Assembly: GCA_047601445.1 (NCBI GenBank)
Contig: JASGJH010000001.1
Coordinates: forward strand, 7,264,001-7,328,000
Reading direction: 5' to 3'
From: Myxococcales bacterium
GTDB taxonomy: Bacteria > Myxococcota_A > Polyangia > Polyangiales > DASUME01
DNA: 64,000 bases
Shown here: piece by piece, positions 40,119-49,659 of the stretch
Layout: every line of letters starts with the position of its first letter
Position numbering within the stretch: the stretch's first letter is position 1
Made by a program: the position numbers and the translations under genes
The notes under the pieces: model-generated
Seen by the model: the letters and a program-made list of their open reading frames with translations, nothing else
The model's database searches: none
What the model was told of the DNA's origin: nothing

Positions 40119-40484
40119 GTGGCAAACATCAAGGAATCGCTCGTTCGAATGATGCAGTTGGATGGTGCTGTCGGCTGCTGCATCGTGGACAGCAACAGCG
40201 GCATGATGCTCGGCTCCCACGGCGGCGCCGGTTCCATCAACCTGGAGGTTGCCGCCGCCGGAAACACCGAAGTGGTGCGCGCCAAGCGCAAGACGATGAA
40301 GTCCCTGGGCATCAAGGACCAAATCGAGGACATCCTCATCACGCTTCAACAGCAGTACCACCTGATTCGCCCGCTCACGAGCAACGACGCACTCTTCATC
40401 TACCTGGTGCTGGACAAGTCCAAGGGCAACCTGGCCATGGCGCGTCACCAGCTCACGGGGATCGAGCGCGACCTTACTGTGTGA
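40119..40484 (+). CDS. Roadblock/LC7-like protein
   Basis: LEVAAAGNTEVVRAK, IEDILITL..QYHLIR and NLAMAR motifs; GGAGG RBS. Confidence 0.85.
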   Translation: MANIKESLVRMMQLDGAVGCCIVDSNSGMMLGSHGGAGSINLEVAAAGNTEVVRAKRKTMKSLGIKDQIEDILITLQQQYHLIRPLTSNDALFIYLVLDKSKGNLAMARHQLTGIERDLTV

Positions 40485-41397
40485 CGCTGGCGCGTAGCTG
40501 ATAGCGATCGATGGCTTTGCCGCCCACTCCGTCCGCATCGAAGTCGAGGGTGCGTACGGGGAAGGGCAGGCGGAAGCCCTCGCGGTCGTACGCCTTCTTG
40601 ATCGCGATCATCGCCTCGGAGCGTGCTCGCAGGTACGAGACCTGCGATGCATCGAGGAGCCAGATGCGCACCTCGTAGTCGATCCAGCTGTCGGCGAAGG
40701 AGCTAAAGAAGAGCTCGACTTCCTTGGATGGATCGCGCCCCGGGCAATCGGCGACCGCAGCGAGCACGGCCTTGCGCACCTTCTCCATGTCGTCGCTGTA
40801 GGTCATGCAGACCGTGAGATCCATGCGACGCCGGTTGGTGTGCGTGTAGCTGATGATGGGATTCTGCAGGACATCCTTGTTCGGAATGATGATGGTCAAG
40901 CCGTCGAGGGTCTCGACCTCCGTGCAGCGCAGCAAGATCCTCCCGACTTTGCACTGACGACCCGCGATCTCGACGAGGTCGCCCGCGTCGAAGGGGCGAT
41001 ACAGGGCCATGATGACGCCGCAGGTGAAGTTCGCGACGATGTCCTGGAAAGCAAAGCCGAGGGCCAAGCCCACCACGCCCACGCCGGCCAAGACCGAGGT
41101 GACCGTCTTGTCCAGGTGCAAGAGAGCTAGCGCCCACAGACCCGACAGCGTGATGGTCGCCAAGCGCGCCACCGAGCCGCTCAGTCGGCTCAACGCGTCG
41201 TTCCCCGTGATGCGACGCAAGAGCTTCTGCAGGCCGCGCTCGACCCAGCGTCCGAGCAGCGCGCCGAGCGTGAGCACCAGCGCCGCGAGCAGCAGGTTCG
41301 GTAGCATGACCACGAAGTCCTCGAGCCAACCCTGCAGTTTGGCGAAGAGTTTCTCGGGCAAGCTGAGCGTGTTGGCGGCGGTCCAGTCTTCGGGCAC
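40474..41397 (-). CDS. mscS: MscS family mechanosensitive channel
   Basis: GVVGLALGFAFQD, RPFxxGD, IIPN and PFP motifs. Confidence 0.92.
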   Translation of the reverse strand: MPEDWTAANTLSLPEKLFAKLQGWLEDFVVMLPNLLLAALVLTLGALLGRWVERGLQKLLRRITGNDALSRLSGSVARLATITLSGLWALALLHLDKTVTSVLAGVGVVGLALGFAFQDIVANFTCGVIMALYRPFDAGDLVEIAGRQCKVGRILLRCTEVETLDGLTIIIPNKDVLQNPIISYTHTNRRRMDLTVCMTYSDDMEKVRKAVLAAVADCPGRDPSKEVELFFSSFADSWIDYEVRIWLLDASQVSYLRARSEAMIAIKKAYDREGFRLPFPVRTLDFDADGVGGKAIDRYQLRASVTQ

Positions 41398-41536
41398 GTC
41401 CAGCGAATATCAACAACCGGCCCCCGTTGTCGAAGAACCGACGTCCCCGGGCCCGTACACGTGCCCGCGCCCGTGCCCGCCTCTCCCAGCCAAAGATCGT
41501 GCAGCAGCGCGGGCACGCGTGCGACACAGAGGGCTT

Positions 41537-42023
41537 TCAACGCCCCCTGTAGGCCTTCTCGAGCTGCGCGACGTCGAGCTTCGTCATCGTCATCATGGCC
41601 TGGAAGACACGCGGGGTACGCTCGGGATCGCCCTCGCGCATGATCTCCCCGAAGCGGGCAGGGATGATCTGCCAGGACAGGCCGTAGGGATCCTTGAGCC
41701 AGCCGCACCGGCTCTCCTGGCCGCCGTTGGCGGTCAGCTTGTTCCACAGCATGTCTACCTCGTCCTGATTCTCGGCGCTGACCATCAAGGAGATGGCTTC
41801 CGTGAAGGGCCGGCCGGGCCCCCCGTTGAGCGCCATGAAATGCTGTCCAGCGAGCAGGAAGTCCACGGTCATCACCGAGCCCTTGGGGCCTGGGCCCGCC
41901 TCGCCGTAGCGCGCGGAGGTGAGGATTCTTGGAGCCCTTGAACAGGGAGACGTAGAGGTTGACGGCCTCCTCGGCCTGGTGGTCGTACCAAAGAAACGGA
42001 GTGATCTTCTGGATGGTGGCCAT
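41537..42023 (-). pseudogene. VOC/PhnB-family (3-demethylubiquinone-9 3-MT-like) gene with +1 frameshift
   Basis: QKITPFLWYD..AEEA in one frame; GSVMTV/ALNGG/CGWLKD.YG.SWQI in another; one extra A at about 41926. Confidence 0.85.
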
Positions 42024-42120
42024 GGTGTCCTCATTCGTGGGGCAGCTTCTCGCTGCGTTCACGGAGACATCGGAGCCGAAGACGCCCGCTCGACATGGGA
42101 CCCGAAAAAAAATCATGTTC

Positions 42121-42156
<36 letters not shown>

Positions 42157-42168
42157 CGACAGAAAACC

Positions 42169-42296
42169 GAGGTCGCATGGCTTCCCCGTCAGCAAACCGA
42201 TGGGTCCCGGCGCGCCGTGAGCGCAGCGAACCTCGCGGTGGGGTGGGTCTCGGCGCGGCTTTGCCGCGACGGGCGGGGAGGTCGCGTGACCTCCCC
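42169..42296 (+). repeat. Dispersed ~80-bp REP-like element, copy E (42217-42296), with a decayed 3'-part copy at 42169-42194
   Basis: gaggtcgcatggcttccccgtcagca versus gaggtcgcgtgacctccccgtcagca, 109 bp apart. Confidence 0.88.
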
Positions 42297-42297
42297 G

Positions 42298-43395
42298 TCA
42301 GCAGAGACTGTCCATGATGTCCACCAATTCACGGTGGTTTTCTCGCTCGCGCATGCTGTGCCCGGCCGCTGTCAGGCGGTAGTCCGGGGGGCGAACTCCG
42401 GCTCGCCCGAGCGCCCGTACCAGCTCCTCGGCCTGGAACATGGGACACACGAGGTCGTAGCGGCCATGAACGATGTGAATGGCGATGTCTTTGAGCCTGG
42501 CCACGTTGCCGAGGAGATAGTCCTGGTCGCGGTTCGCCTCCCCGCTGCCGCCCAGGAACGCCCCGTTCATAAAGTAGTGGTTCTCGATGCGGGCGAAGGT
42601 TTTGGCGAACTCAGGCTCCGCGAAGCGCCCGACGTCCGAGAGGTCCTGGGCCAGGTAGCTGGTGCTGCCTTCCCACACCGACCAGGCGATGGCGGCCCGC
42701 GTCTGCAGCTCGCGCTCGGCAGGTGAGCTCGGGGTCATGGCGAAGATCTTGGCGTAGGCCTTCACCATGTCGTGGCGCTCATCCGGCGCGATGACCTCGA
42801 CGAACGGGCGCCAGGCTTCCGGGTAGCACTGGTAGGTTCCGGGCAGCTCGGTGTCGTAGGGATCGTCGGCGAAGCGCGCGGCGTTGCCCTGATAGAAGTA
42901 GTCGAGGTCCTTGCGCCGGCACAGGAAGATGCCGCGCAAGATCAGGGTCTGTACGGTCTCCGGGTGGGCGATGGCGAAGGCCAGCGAGAGCGTGCTGCCC
43001 CAGCTGCCGCCGAACACGTGCATCTTGCCGGTGATGCCGAGCTTCTCGCGCAGGGCGAGCATGTCCGCGATCAGATGGTCGGTGGTGTTGTCCTGCAACG
43101 CGAGCTCGGGGTGGGCCGCGGCGCTGGGACGGCTGCGGCCGCAGCCGCGCTGGTCGAACAGCACCACCCGATAGCGCCGGGCGTCGAAGAAGCGCGCCAA
43201 GGAGGGCTCGGTGCCACCCCCCGGGCCGCCGTGCACCAGCATCACGGGCTCGCCATCCGGGCGGCCGTACTCCTCCCAGTAGATCTCGTGCCTGACCGGT
43301 GCGCCGGGCGACACATCGAGGTGGCCCGAGCGGAGGAGGGGGGGCATCGGATGACGCCATTCGTCGGCGTTCAGCTTGCTTCGATAACTCGTCAT
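42298..43395 (-). CDS. pip: Proline iminopeptidase
   Basis: HGGPGGG, FDQRGCGRS, FGGSWGSTL, LRGIFL, GRYD and AGHS motifs. Confidence 0.93.
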   Translation of the reverse strand: MTSYRSKLNADEWRHPMPPLLRSGHLDVSPGAPVRHEIYWEEYGRPDGEPVMLVHGGPGGGTEPSLARFFDARRYRVVLFDQRGCGRSRPSAAAHPELALQDNTTDHLIADMLALREKLGITGKMHVFGGSWGSTLSLAFAIAHPETVQTLILRGIFLCRRKDLDYFYQGNAARFADDPYDTELPGTYQCYPEAWRPFVEVIAPDERHDMVKAYAKIFAMTPSSPAERELQTRAAIAWSVWEGSTSYLAQDLSDVGRFAEPEFAKTFARIENHYFMNGAFLGGSGEANRDQDYLLGNVARLKDIAIHIVHGRYDLVCPMFQAEELVRALGRAGVRPPDYRLTAAGHSMRERENHRELVDIMDSLC

Positions 43396-43601
43396 GCGTC
43401 CCACCAAGCTACAGATCTTCGCCCGGGGAGTCACACGACCTCCACACCCGGCGGAAACTTCCAGCACCCGCTGCAACTGGAGTCGGTGAGGTCAATTTCA
43501 GGTTCGCTGGTCGCGAAAGCACATTCGGAGTTGTGTTCGGTCAAACCGGATGTTCACAACCCTCTTACATCCTGACCACGTATGGGCCTAGGGTGCGCGA
43601 C

Positions 43602-44720
43602 ATGGCGAAGCGGCTTGCATTGGGTCTGATTGTGGGTGCGTTGGCGTTGGTGGGTTGCGGGGAGCCTCTGCCCCCGACCACCGGCTACGGGTCGAGCGGA
43701 GAGCCGGCCACCGGGGACGGGGACGGGGACGGCGACGGGGACGGCGATGGGGATGGTGACGAGGGCGACGGCGACACCGGCGGCGACGGTGACGTCGCGG
43801 GCGACGGCGACACCGGCGGCGACGGTGACGTCGCGGGAGACTGTGGCTCCATCGAGAAGGAGGCCGTCGTCCCGCGCGGTCCAGTGGACGTCGTCATCGC
43901 GCTCGACTCGTCGGGCAGCATGAGCGACGAAATCTGCAACGTCTCCAAGAACCTCACGACCCTGATCGACGGCCTCGGCAAGGAAGCCCGCATCACCACG
44001 GTCTATCAGATCGGCATCGACCTGTTCTTCCAGATGGCAGCCCTGTGCGGCGTGTCCGACCCGCTCGCCAACCTGGCCGTGGCCAAGGACGCGGCGCGCT
44101 ACAAGCACATCGACGCCCGCGTCGACAGCAACAACGCGCTCACCGTGCTGATCAACCAGTACGACAACTACAAGGGCTTCCTGCGCGAGGGCTCGCCTAC
44201 CCACTTCATCGTGGTGTCCGACGACGAGTCGAAACCGATGAGCGGGACCGACTTCAAGACGCAAATGGAGGGCAAGCTCGGGCACAAGTTCTACTTCCAC
44301 TCCATCGTGGCCGAGGGCGGCAGCTGCAAGGGGTCCGCGACGGGCACCCAGTACCTGAACCTCTCCGATGCCACCGGTGGCCAGAAGCTCTCCATCTGCT
44401 CCAACGACTGGAGCGCGTTGTTCAAGCAACTCGAGTCCGCCGTGGCGGCCACCGCGCCCCTCGCCTGCAACTTCGACGTGCCCACGCCGCCCGAGGGCGA
44501 GACCCTCGACACCAACGCGGTGCAGGTGCTGTTCACGCCGGTGGACAAGAGCAAGCAGGAGTTCCCGCGCGCCTCGGATTCCGGCAAATGCGGCGACAAG
44601 GTCGGCTGGTTCCTCAACGCCAACAACCAGATCGAGTTCTGTCCTGCGGGCTGCACCCTCGTAAAGGGCGGTGGCAAGCTCTCCATCGGCTTTGGCTGCG
44701 CCGCAGCGCCCCTGCTCTGA
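43602..44720 (+). CDS. vWA-domain lipoprotein with Gly-Asp linker (paralog of 9531-10937)
   Basis: Lipobox LVGC; PVDVVIALDSSGSM, IVVSDD, FHS and ACNFDVPTPPEG. Confidence 0.85.
   Translation: MAKRLALGLIVGALALVGCGEPLPPTTGYGSSGEPATGDGDGDGDGDGDGDGDEGDGDTGGDGDVAGDGDTGGDGDVAGDCGSIEKEAVVPRGPVDVVIALDSSGSMSDEICNVSKNLTTLIDGLGKEARITTVYQIGIDLFFQMAALCGVSDPLANLAVAKDAARYKHIDARVDSNNALTVLINQYDNYKGFLREGSPTHFIVVSDDESKPMSGTDFKTQMEGKLGHKFYFHSIVAEGGSCKGSATGTQYLNLSDATGGQKLSICSNDWSALFKQLESAVAATAPLACNFDVPTPPEGETLDTNAVQVLFTPVDKSKQEFPRASDSGKCGDKVGWFLNANNQIEFCPAGCTLVKGGGKLSIGFGCAAAPLL
43763..43834 (+). repeat. Exact 36-bp tandem duplication in coding linker
   Basis: gggcgacggcgacaccggcggcgacggtgacgtcgc twice (GDGDTGGDGDVA x2). 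Confidence 0.9.
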
Positions 44721-44864
44721 CCCGCATTTCGCCGCAAGTCTGACGTGAACGCGTCAGCGGCGAAGGCGCGGATTTCTAGGCGGTAACGCGCTCGTAAAAC
44801 CTTCTGCCGGTGCCGTGCGCGCCGCTGACACGGTTGGAAGAGCGCGTATGCTCCATGCGTATTG

Positions 44865-45815
44865 ATGGAGCAACGAAACCCAGACGAGCAGGCCGCGCCG
44901 ATTGCGGCCAGTGAGCTCAAGCAGCTGCAGCAGCGCTCCGACCTGCGCGGCTTGCTGCGTCTCGCGGGGCATCTCGCGTGGATGGGCTCCGCGTGTGCAC
45001 TCTACGCCGTGGCGATCGCGAAGAGTTGGCACCCGGCTTGGATCCTGCTCGCCGGGACGGCCCTCGGCTTCACCATGGTCACCATGTTCGCGTGTATGCA
45101 CGAGTGCGTGCACCGGACGGCGTTTCGCAGCGCGTGGTTGAACGAAGGGGTGGGCTGGTTCGCGGGCCTGCTGTCCTTCTACAACAGCACGTTCTATCGG
45201 CACTACCACACCTGGCACCACCGCTTCACGCAGATCCCCGGCAAGGATCCCGAGCTCGAAGACACGCGCCCGACGAGCCTCGGCGTGTACGCCGTGGAGA
45301 TGAGCGGCGTCACCTGGTGGATCGGCAAGTTCAAGACTCACTTCACGCTGGCAGCTGGTCGTACCGGGGGCTTCCCGTTCCTGAACGAGAACACGGCGCC
45401 CGGTGCAGTGCGCTCGGTGCGCGTGCAGTTGGCGACCTACGCGGCGTTCGCCGTGGCTTCGCTGGTTCTCGGCGGCCCCTATCTCTTGGTCTATTGGGTC
45501 GTGCCCGTGGCGCTCGGGCAGCCGCTGCTGCGGCTGATTCTGTTGGCCGAGCACACCGGCTGCACCGAAGACGACAACATGCTGACCAATACCCGCACCA
45601 CGCACACCATCTGGCCGGTGCGCTTCTTGATGTGGGAGATGCCTTATCACGCGGAGCATCATCGCTATCCAGCGTTGCCCTTCTTCGCGCTCCGGGCGGC
45701 CCATGAGCGCATGGGCCAGCGGCTCAGTCACGTGGCGCGGCGCGGCTACACGGGCTTCCACGTCGAGGTGCTGCGCGGATTGTGGCGGCGCCCGTCGGCC
45801 AGGTCGGCCGCGTGA
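44865..45815 (+). CDS. Fatty acid desaturase-family membrane di-iron enzyme
   Basis: His boxes HECVH, HTWHH and HAEHH. Confidence 0.9.
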   Translation: MEQRNPDEQAAPIAASELKQLQQRSDLRGLLRLAGHLAWMGSACALYAVAIAKSWHPAWILLAGTALGFTMVTMFACMHECVHRTAFRSAWLNEGVGWFAGLLSFYNSTFYRHYHTWHHRFTQIPGKDPELEDTRPTSLGVYAVEMSGVTWWIGKFKTHFTLAAGRTGGFPFLNENTAPGAVRSVRVQLATYAAFAVASLVLGGPYLLVYWVVPVALGQPLLRLILLAEHTGCTEDDNMLTNTRTTHTIWPVRFLMWEMPYHAEHHRYPALPFFALRAAHERMGQRLSHVARRGYTGFHVEVLRGLWRRPSARSAA

Positions 45816-46804
45816 GCGACGGCGAGCGGTTCGAGCTGGGGACCTTCGCGCTGCACAGCGGAGAGGTCCTGCCTGCCGCCCACGTCGTCTACAAAACCTA
45901 CGGAGAACTCGCTCCAGATCGCAGCAACGTCGTGCTGTATCCCACCTCCTACGGGGCTCAGCACAGCGACATCGAGTGGTTGATCCGGGAGCGCGGCATC
46001 CTCGATCCCACGCGTTGGTTCGTGGTGGTGGTCAATCAGTTCGGCAACGGCCTCTCGAGCTCGCCGAGTCAGCTCGGGCGCTTCGTCGCGTTCAGCCACT
46101 GGGACAACGTGCACGCCCAGGAGCGCCTCTTGCGCGAACGTTTCGGGGTCGAGCGGCTGGCCCTGGTGTACGGCTGGTCGATGGGCGCGCAGCAGGCCTA
46201 CCACTGGGCCGTGCGCTATCCAGAGCGGGTGGAGCGCGTGGCTGCGCTATGTGGCACTGCCCGCACCAGCCCTCACAACCAACTGTTCCTCAAGAGTCTG
46301 GAAGCTGCGCTGCTGGCCGATCCATGCTGGGACGGCGCCTGGTTCACCGGCACGCCGGAGCGCGGGCTCCGGGTCTTCGCGCGCATCTACGCGAGCTGGG
46401 CCGCCTCGCAGGCGTTCTATCGGGAAGGCTTGTACAAGCAGTTTGGCTTTAGCGACCTCGAAGACTACCTCGCGCGCGCCTGGGAGCCGAGCTATCGGCG
46501 CAGACACGCGTCCGACCTCGTGTCCATGCTGCGCACCTGGATGGCCAGCGACGTGTCATCGGCGGAGCACGCGAGCGATCTGCCGCGGGCACTCGGGGCG
46601 ATCCGCGCGCGCTCGCTGGTGATGCCGAGCGCCACGGACCTCTACTTCACCGAGGCGGATTGTGCGGCGGACGCGGCCGCCATCCCCAACGCGCGCTTCC
46701 TGACCATCCCTTCCATCTGGGGCCATCGCGCCGGCAACCCGGCGCAGAACCCCGAGGACGCAGAGTTCATTCGCAAAGCGGTTCTGGAGCTGCTCTCGAG
46801 CTGA
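45812..46804 (+). CDS. Alpha/beta hydrolase (homoserine O-acetyltransferase-like)
   Basis: GNGLSSSPS, GWSMG nucleophile elbow, TDLYF, WGH; GTGA overlap. Confidence 0.88.
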   Translation: MSDGERFELGTFALHSGEVLPAAHVVYKTYGELAPDRSNVVLYPTSYGAQHSDIEWLIRERGILDPTRWFVVVVNQFGNGLSSSPSQLGRFVAFSHWDNVHAQERLLRERFGVERLALVYGWSMGAQQAYHWAVRYPERVERVAALCGTARTSPHNQLFLKSLEAALLADPCWDGAWFTGTPERGLRVFARIYASWAASQAFYREGLYKQFGFSDLEDYLARAWEPSYRRRHASDLVSMLRTWMASDVSSAEHASDLPRALGAIRARSLVMPSATDLYFTEADCAADAAAIPNARFLTIPSIWGHRAGNPAQNPEDAEFIRKAVLELLSS

Positions 46805-46821
46805 GAGCGGAGGAGAGTCAC

Positions 46822-48126
46822 GTGAGTAGTCTGTCTGCGATCGCTGCCGAAAAGGGCATCCGCTACTTCATGGTCTCCTTCACCGACCTGCGCGGAGTGC
46901 AGCGGGCCAAGCTGGTACCTGCGGCCGCCATCGATCGCATCGCCGCCGAGGGCGCGGGCTTCGCGGGCTTTGCGACCTGGCTCGACATGACGCCGGCCGA
47001 CGCGGACATGTTGGCGATGGCGGACCCACGCAGCCTGATTCAGCTGCCGTGGAAGCCCGAGGTGGCATGGGTGGCGGGCGACCTGGTGATGAACGGGCGG
47101 CCCGTGGAGCAGGCGCCGCGGCGCGTGCTCGCGCGCCAGATCACGCGAGCCAGGGAGCTCGGCTACGTGGTGCAGACGGGCGTGGAGTGCGAGTTCTTCG
47201 TGTTGACTCCCGACGGGGCCAGCATCGGCGACGGCAAGGATCTGCAGGGCAAGCCTTGCTACGACCAGCACGCGCTGATGCGCCGCTACGACCTCATCAC
47301 GCAGATCTGCGACGCCATGCTCGCGCTCGGCTGGGGGCCCTATCAAAACGATCACGAGGACGCCAACGGACAGTTCGAGATGAACTGGACCTACAGCGAT
47401 GCCCTCGTTACCGCCGATCGCCACGCTTTCTTCAAGTACATGGTGAAGACCCTTGCCGAGTCCCACGGCTTGCGCGCCACCTTCATGCCCAAGCCCTTCG
47501 CTCACCAGACCGGCAACGGCTGTCACGTGCACGTGTCGATGTGGGACGCGGAGACGCGCAAGAACGTGTTTCACGATGCTCAGGGCGAGCTCGGGCTCTC
47601 CAAGCTGGCCTACGAGTTCATGGGCGGCGTGCTCGAGCACGCGCAGGCGCTGTGCGCTCTCACCAACCCCACCGTGAACTCGTTCAAGCGCATCAATGCC
47701 GCGCCTACCCACTCGGGCGCGACCTGGTCCCCCAACACCGTGAGCTACACGGGGAACAACCGCACGCACATGATCCGCATCCCAGATCAGGATCGCTTCG
47801 AGGTGCGCCTGGCCGATGGTGCCGCCAATCCCTATCTGCTGCAGGCAGGGCTCATCGCGAGTGGACTCGACGGCCTGGCGCAGCATCGCGACCCCGGACC
47901 GCGGCGCGACAACAACATGTACACCCAGCCGCTGCCTGCGGGGGAGGTGAAGCAGTTGCCGTCTCACTTGATGGACGCCTTGCGCGCGCTGCGCGCAGAT
48001 GGCGCCCTGGTGGACGCGCTAGGCGCTGAATTCGTGGGCGCCTACTCGAAGCTCAAGGAGCACGAGTGGCACGAGCACCACGCGCATATCTCGGATTGGG
48101 AGCGCGCGGTCACTCTGGACTGCTGA
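46822..48126 (+). CDS. glnT: Type III glutamate-ammonia ligase / gamma-glutamylmethylamide synthetase-like
   Basis: RAKLVPA, GAGFAGFA, CYDQ, DHEDANGQFEMN, TFMPKP, NRTHMIR and DGAANPY; GGAGGAG RBS. Confidence 0.9.
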   Translation: MSSLSAIAAEKGIRYFMVSFTDLRGVQRAKLVPAAAIDRIAAEGAGFAGFATWLDMTPADADMLAMADPRSLIQLPWKPEVAWVAGDLVMNGRPVEQAPRRVLARQITRARELGYVVQTGVECEFFVLTPDGASIGDGKDLQGKPCYDQHALMRRYDLITQICDAMLALGWGPYQNDHEDANGQFEMNWTYSDALVTADRHAFFKYMVKTLAESHGLRATFMPKPFAHQTGNGCHVHVSMWDAETRKNVFHDAQGELGLSKLAYEFMGGVLEHAQALCALTNPTVNSFKRINAAPTHSGATWSPNTVSYTGNNRTHMIRIPDQDRFEVRLADGAANPYLLQAGLIASGLDGLAQHRDPGPRRDNNMYTQPLPAGEVKQLPSHLMDALRALRADGALVDALGAEFVGAYSKLKEHEWHEHHAHISDWERAVTLDC

Positions 48127-48229
48127 GCGATCGGACGCTGGCGCGCAGCTAGAGCCGCCGTCCCGGACGCGCGGTATGGACACGCTGGCCGATCCAAAGC
48201 CATCGCCGAATCGTCAGGCGCCGCGAGTC

Positions 48230-49348
48230 CTAGAGCTCGTCGGCGGCCTGCTCGATGATTCCGATGCACCCGGGACGGTTCAAACACGTCGCGAGGTACT
48301 CGGTGAGTGGCGGCGGATGCGACAAGCCCTCGGCGAGAATGCGCGCATTGTCGAAGGTGATGTCGAGCTCGCAGAAGTGCAGATAGAGAGAGAGCACGAG
48401 CTCCATGCGTCTGCCGTCCATCTTTCCGAAGGCGTCGACGAGACGTGCGCGCTGCTGGCGAACCTCCGAGCTGCGGATTCGCACGAAGCGCTCCGGTCGA
48501 TGTACCCTCTCCTGCGCCGTAGAGAAAGCGTGGGTGAGCTGGGCCAGGTTCGTGCGCGAGCGCACGCCTGCAGAAAGGTGGTAAATCCGATGCGCAAGCT
48601 TGGGAGCCCACAGGAGGCGCTCGAGCCCCTCTGCAACCCAGTCGACGGGCACTACGTCGATACCCGTGGTCGTGGGATCCACCGACACCAGCCCGACCTC
48701 ATCGAGCGCACGAAACACCCAGAAGATGCTACCCGACGGTCCGCTGCCGAGTCGGGTATGGCCAACCACGATGGAGGGCCGCGCGACCACCAACGGTAGG
48801 GAGCCGAACTCATGGAGCAGTGCGTGCTCCGCCGAGGCCTTGGAAGCCGTGTATTCCACGAGGTGCTTCACGTGAGCGGCTGGAAACTCGTCCTCGCGTA
48901 CCATGTTTGCCCGGGAGTCGCCGCAGATCATGGCGGTTCCCACGTAGAGGAATCGCTCCATCTGCTTGGCGCGCAAGAGCCGGCGAGCTAGCGCCAAGGT
49001 GCCGTGATAGTTGGTCTCCCATACGCCCTGGGCTGCAATGAACGAAGTGTTCGCCCCGAGGTGGACCACATGCGTGATCTCATCGAAGATCGACTGTTCG
49101 AGCGTCTCGGGCTTCTGTAGGTCGGCGCAGACGACTTGGCAGGTGTCGAGCAGCCGTTGCGCCACTTCGGGCGGACGAAATCGTGAAAGGCGCGCGAGGA
49201 TACGAGTTCTCGCAGCGTTTTGATCGAGCCCACGCGCCAAAAGCACGTAGCGCGGGCTGCTCTCGGTTGCCTCTGTCAGGACGCGATCGAGAAAGGCGCC
49301 ACCCAAAAAGCCCGTAGCGCCGGTCACCAGTACAGCTTTCCGATTCAT
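48230..49348 (-). CDS. Extended SDR / thioester reductase (male-sterility, fatty acyl reductase-like)
   Basis: TGATGFLG, YTASK, RPSIVVG and DVVPVD motifs. Confidence 0.88.
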   Translation of the reverse strand: MNRKAVLVTGATGFLGGAFLDRVLTEATESSPRYVLLARGLDQNAARTRILARLSRFRPPEVAQRLLDTCQVVCADLQKPETLEQSIFDEITHVVHLGANTSFIAAQGVWETNYHGTLALARRLLRAKQMERFLYVGTAMICGDSRANMVREDEFPAAHVKHLVEYTASKASAEHALLHEFGSLPLVVARPSIVVGHTRLGSGPSGSIFWVFRALDEVGLVSVDPTTTGIDVVPVDWVAEGLERLLWAPKLAHRIYHLSAGVRSRTNLAQLTHAFSTAQERVHRPERFVRIRSSEVRQQRARLVDAFGKMDGRRMELVLSLYLHFCELDITFDNARILAEGLSHPPPLTEYLATCLNRPGCIGIIEQAADEL

Positions 49349-49379
49349 ACGACCATCCACCTTCAGCTCGAGGAGCCCG

Positions 49380-49625
49380 TCAGGAAGCCTGCACCCTCGC
49401 ATGCAAGTAATCGAAGACGTCGCCTACCGTCTTCAGCTGGATGAGGTCCCGTTCGTTGACCTCGATCTCGAAGCGCTCTTCTACTTGAAGGGCCAGGTTG
49501 ACGAGGTCCAGTGAGTCCGCGCCCAGGTCCTCGACCAGCAAGCTCTTCAACGTCAGCGTCTCTGGTCGGACGTCGAGCTCCTCGCACAAGACAGCTTTCA
49601 TGCGTTCGAATAATTCGCGTTCCAT
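49380..49625 (-). CDS. Acyl carrier protein
   Basis: DLGADSLD phosphopantetheine motif; 81 aa, acidic. Confidence 0.93.
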   Translation of the reverse strand: MERELFERMKAVLCEELDVRPETLTLKSLLVEDLGADSLDLVNLALQVEERFEIEVNERDLIQLKTVGDVFDYLHARVQAS

Positions 49626-49659
49626 GTGAGCTCCTCGATTCAGCAGGTAAAACTCCGCG

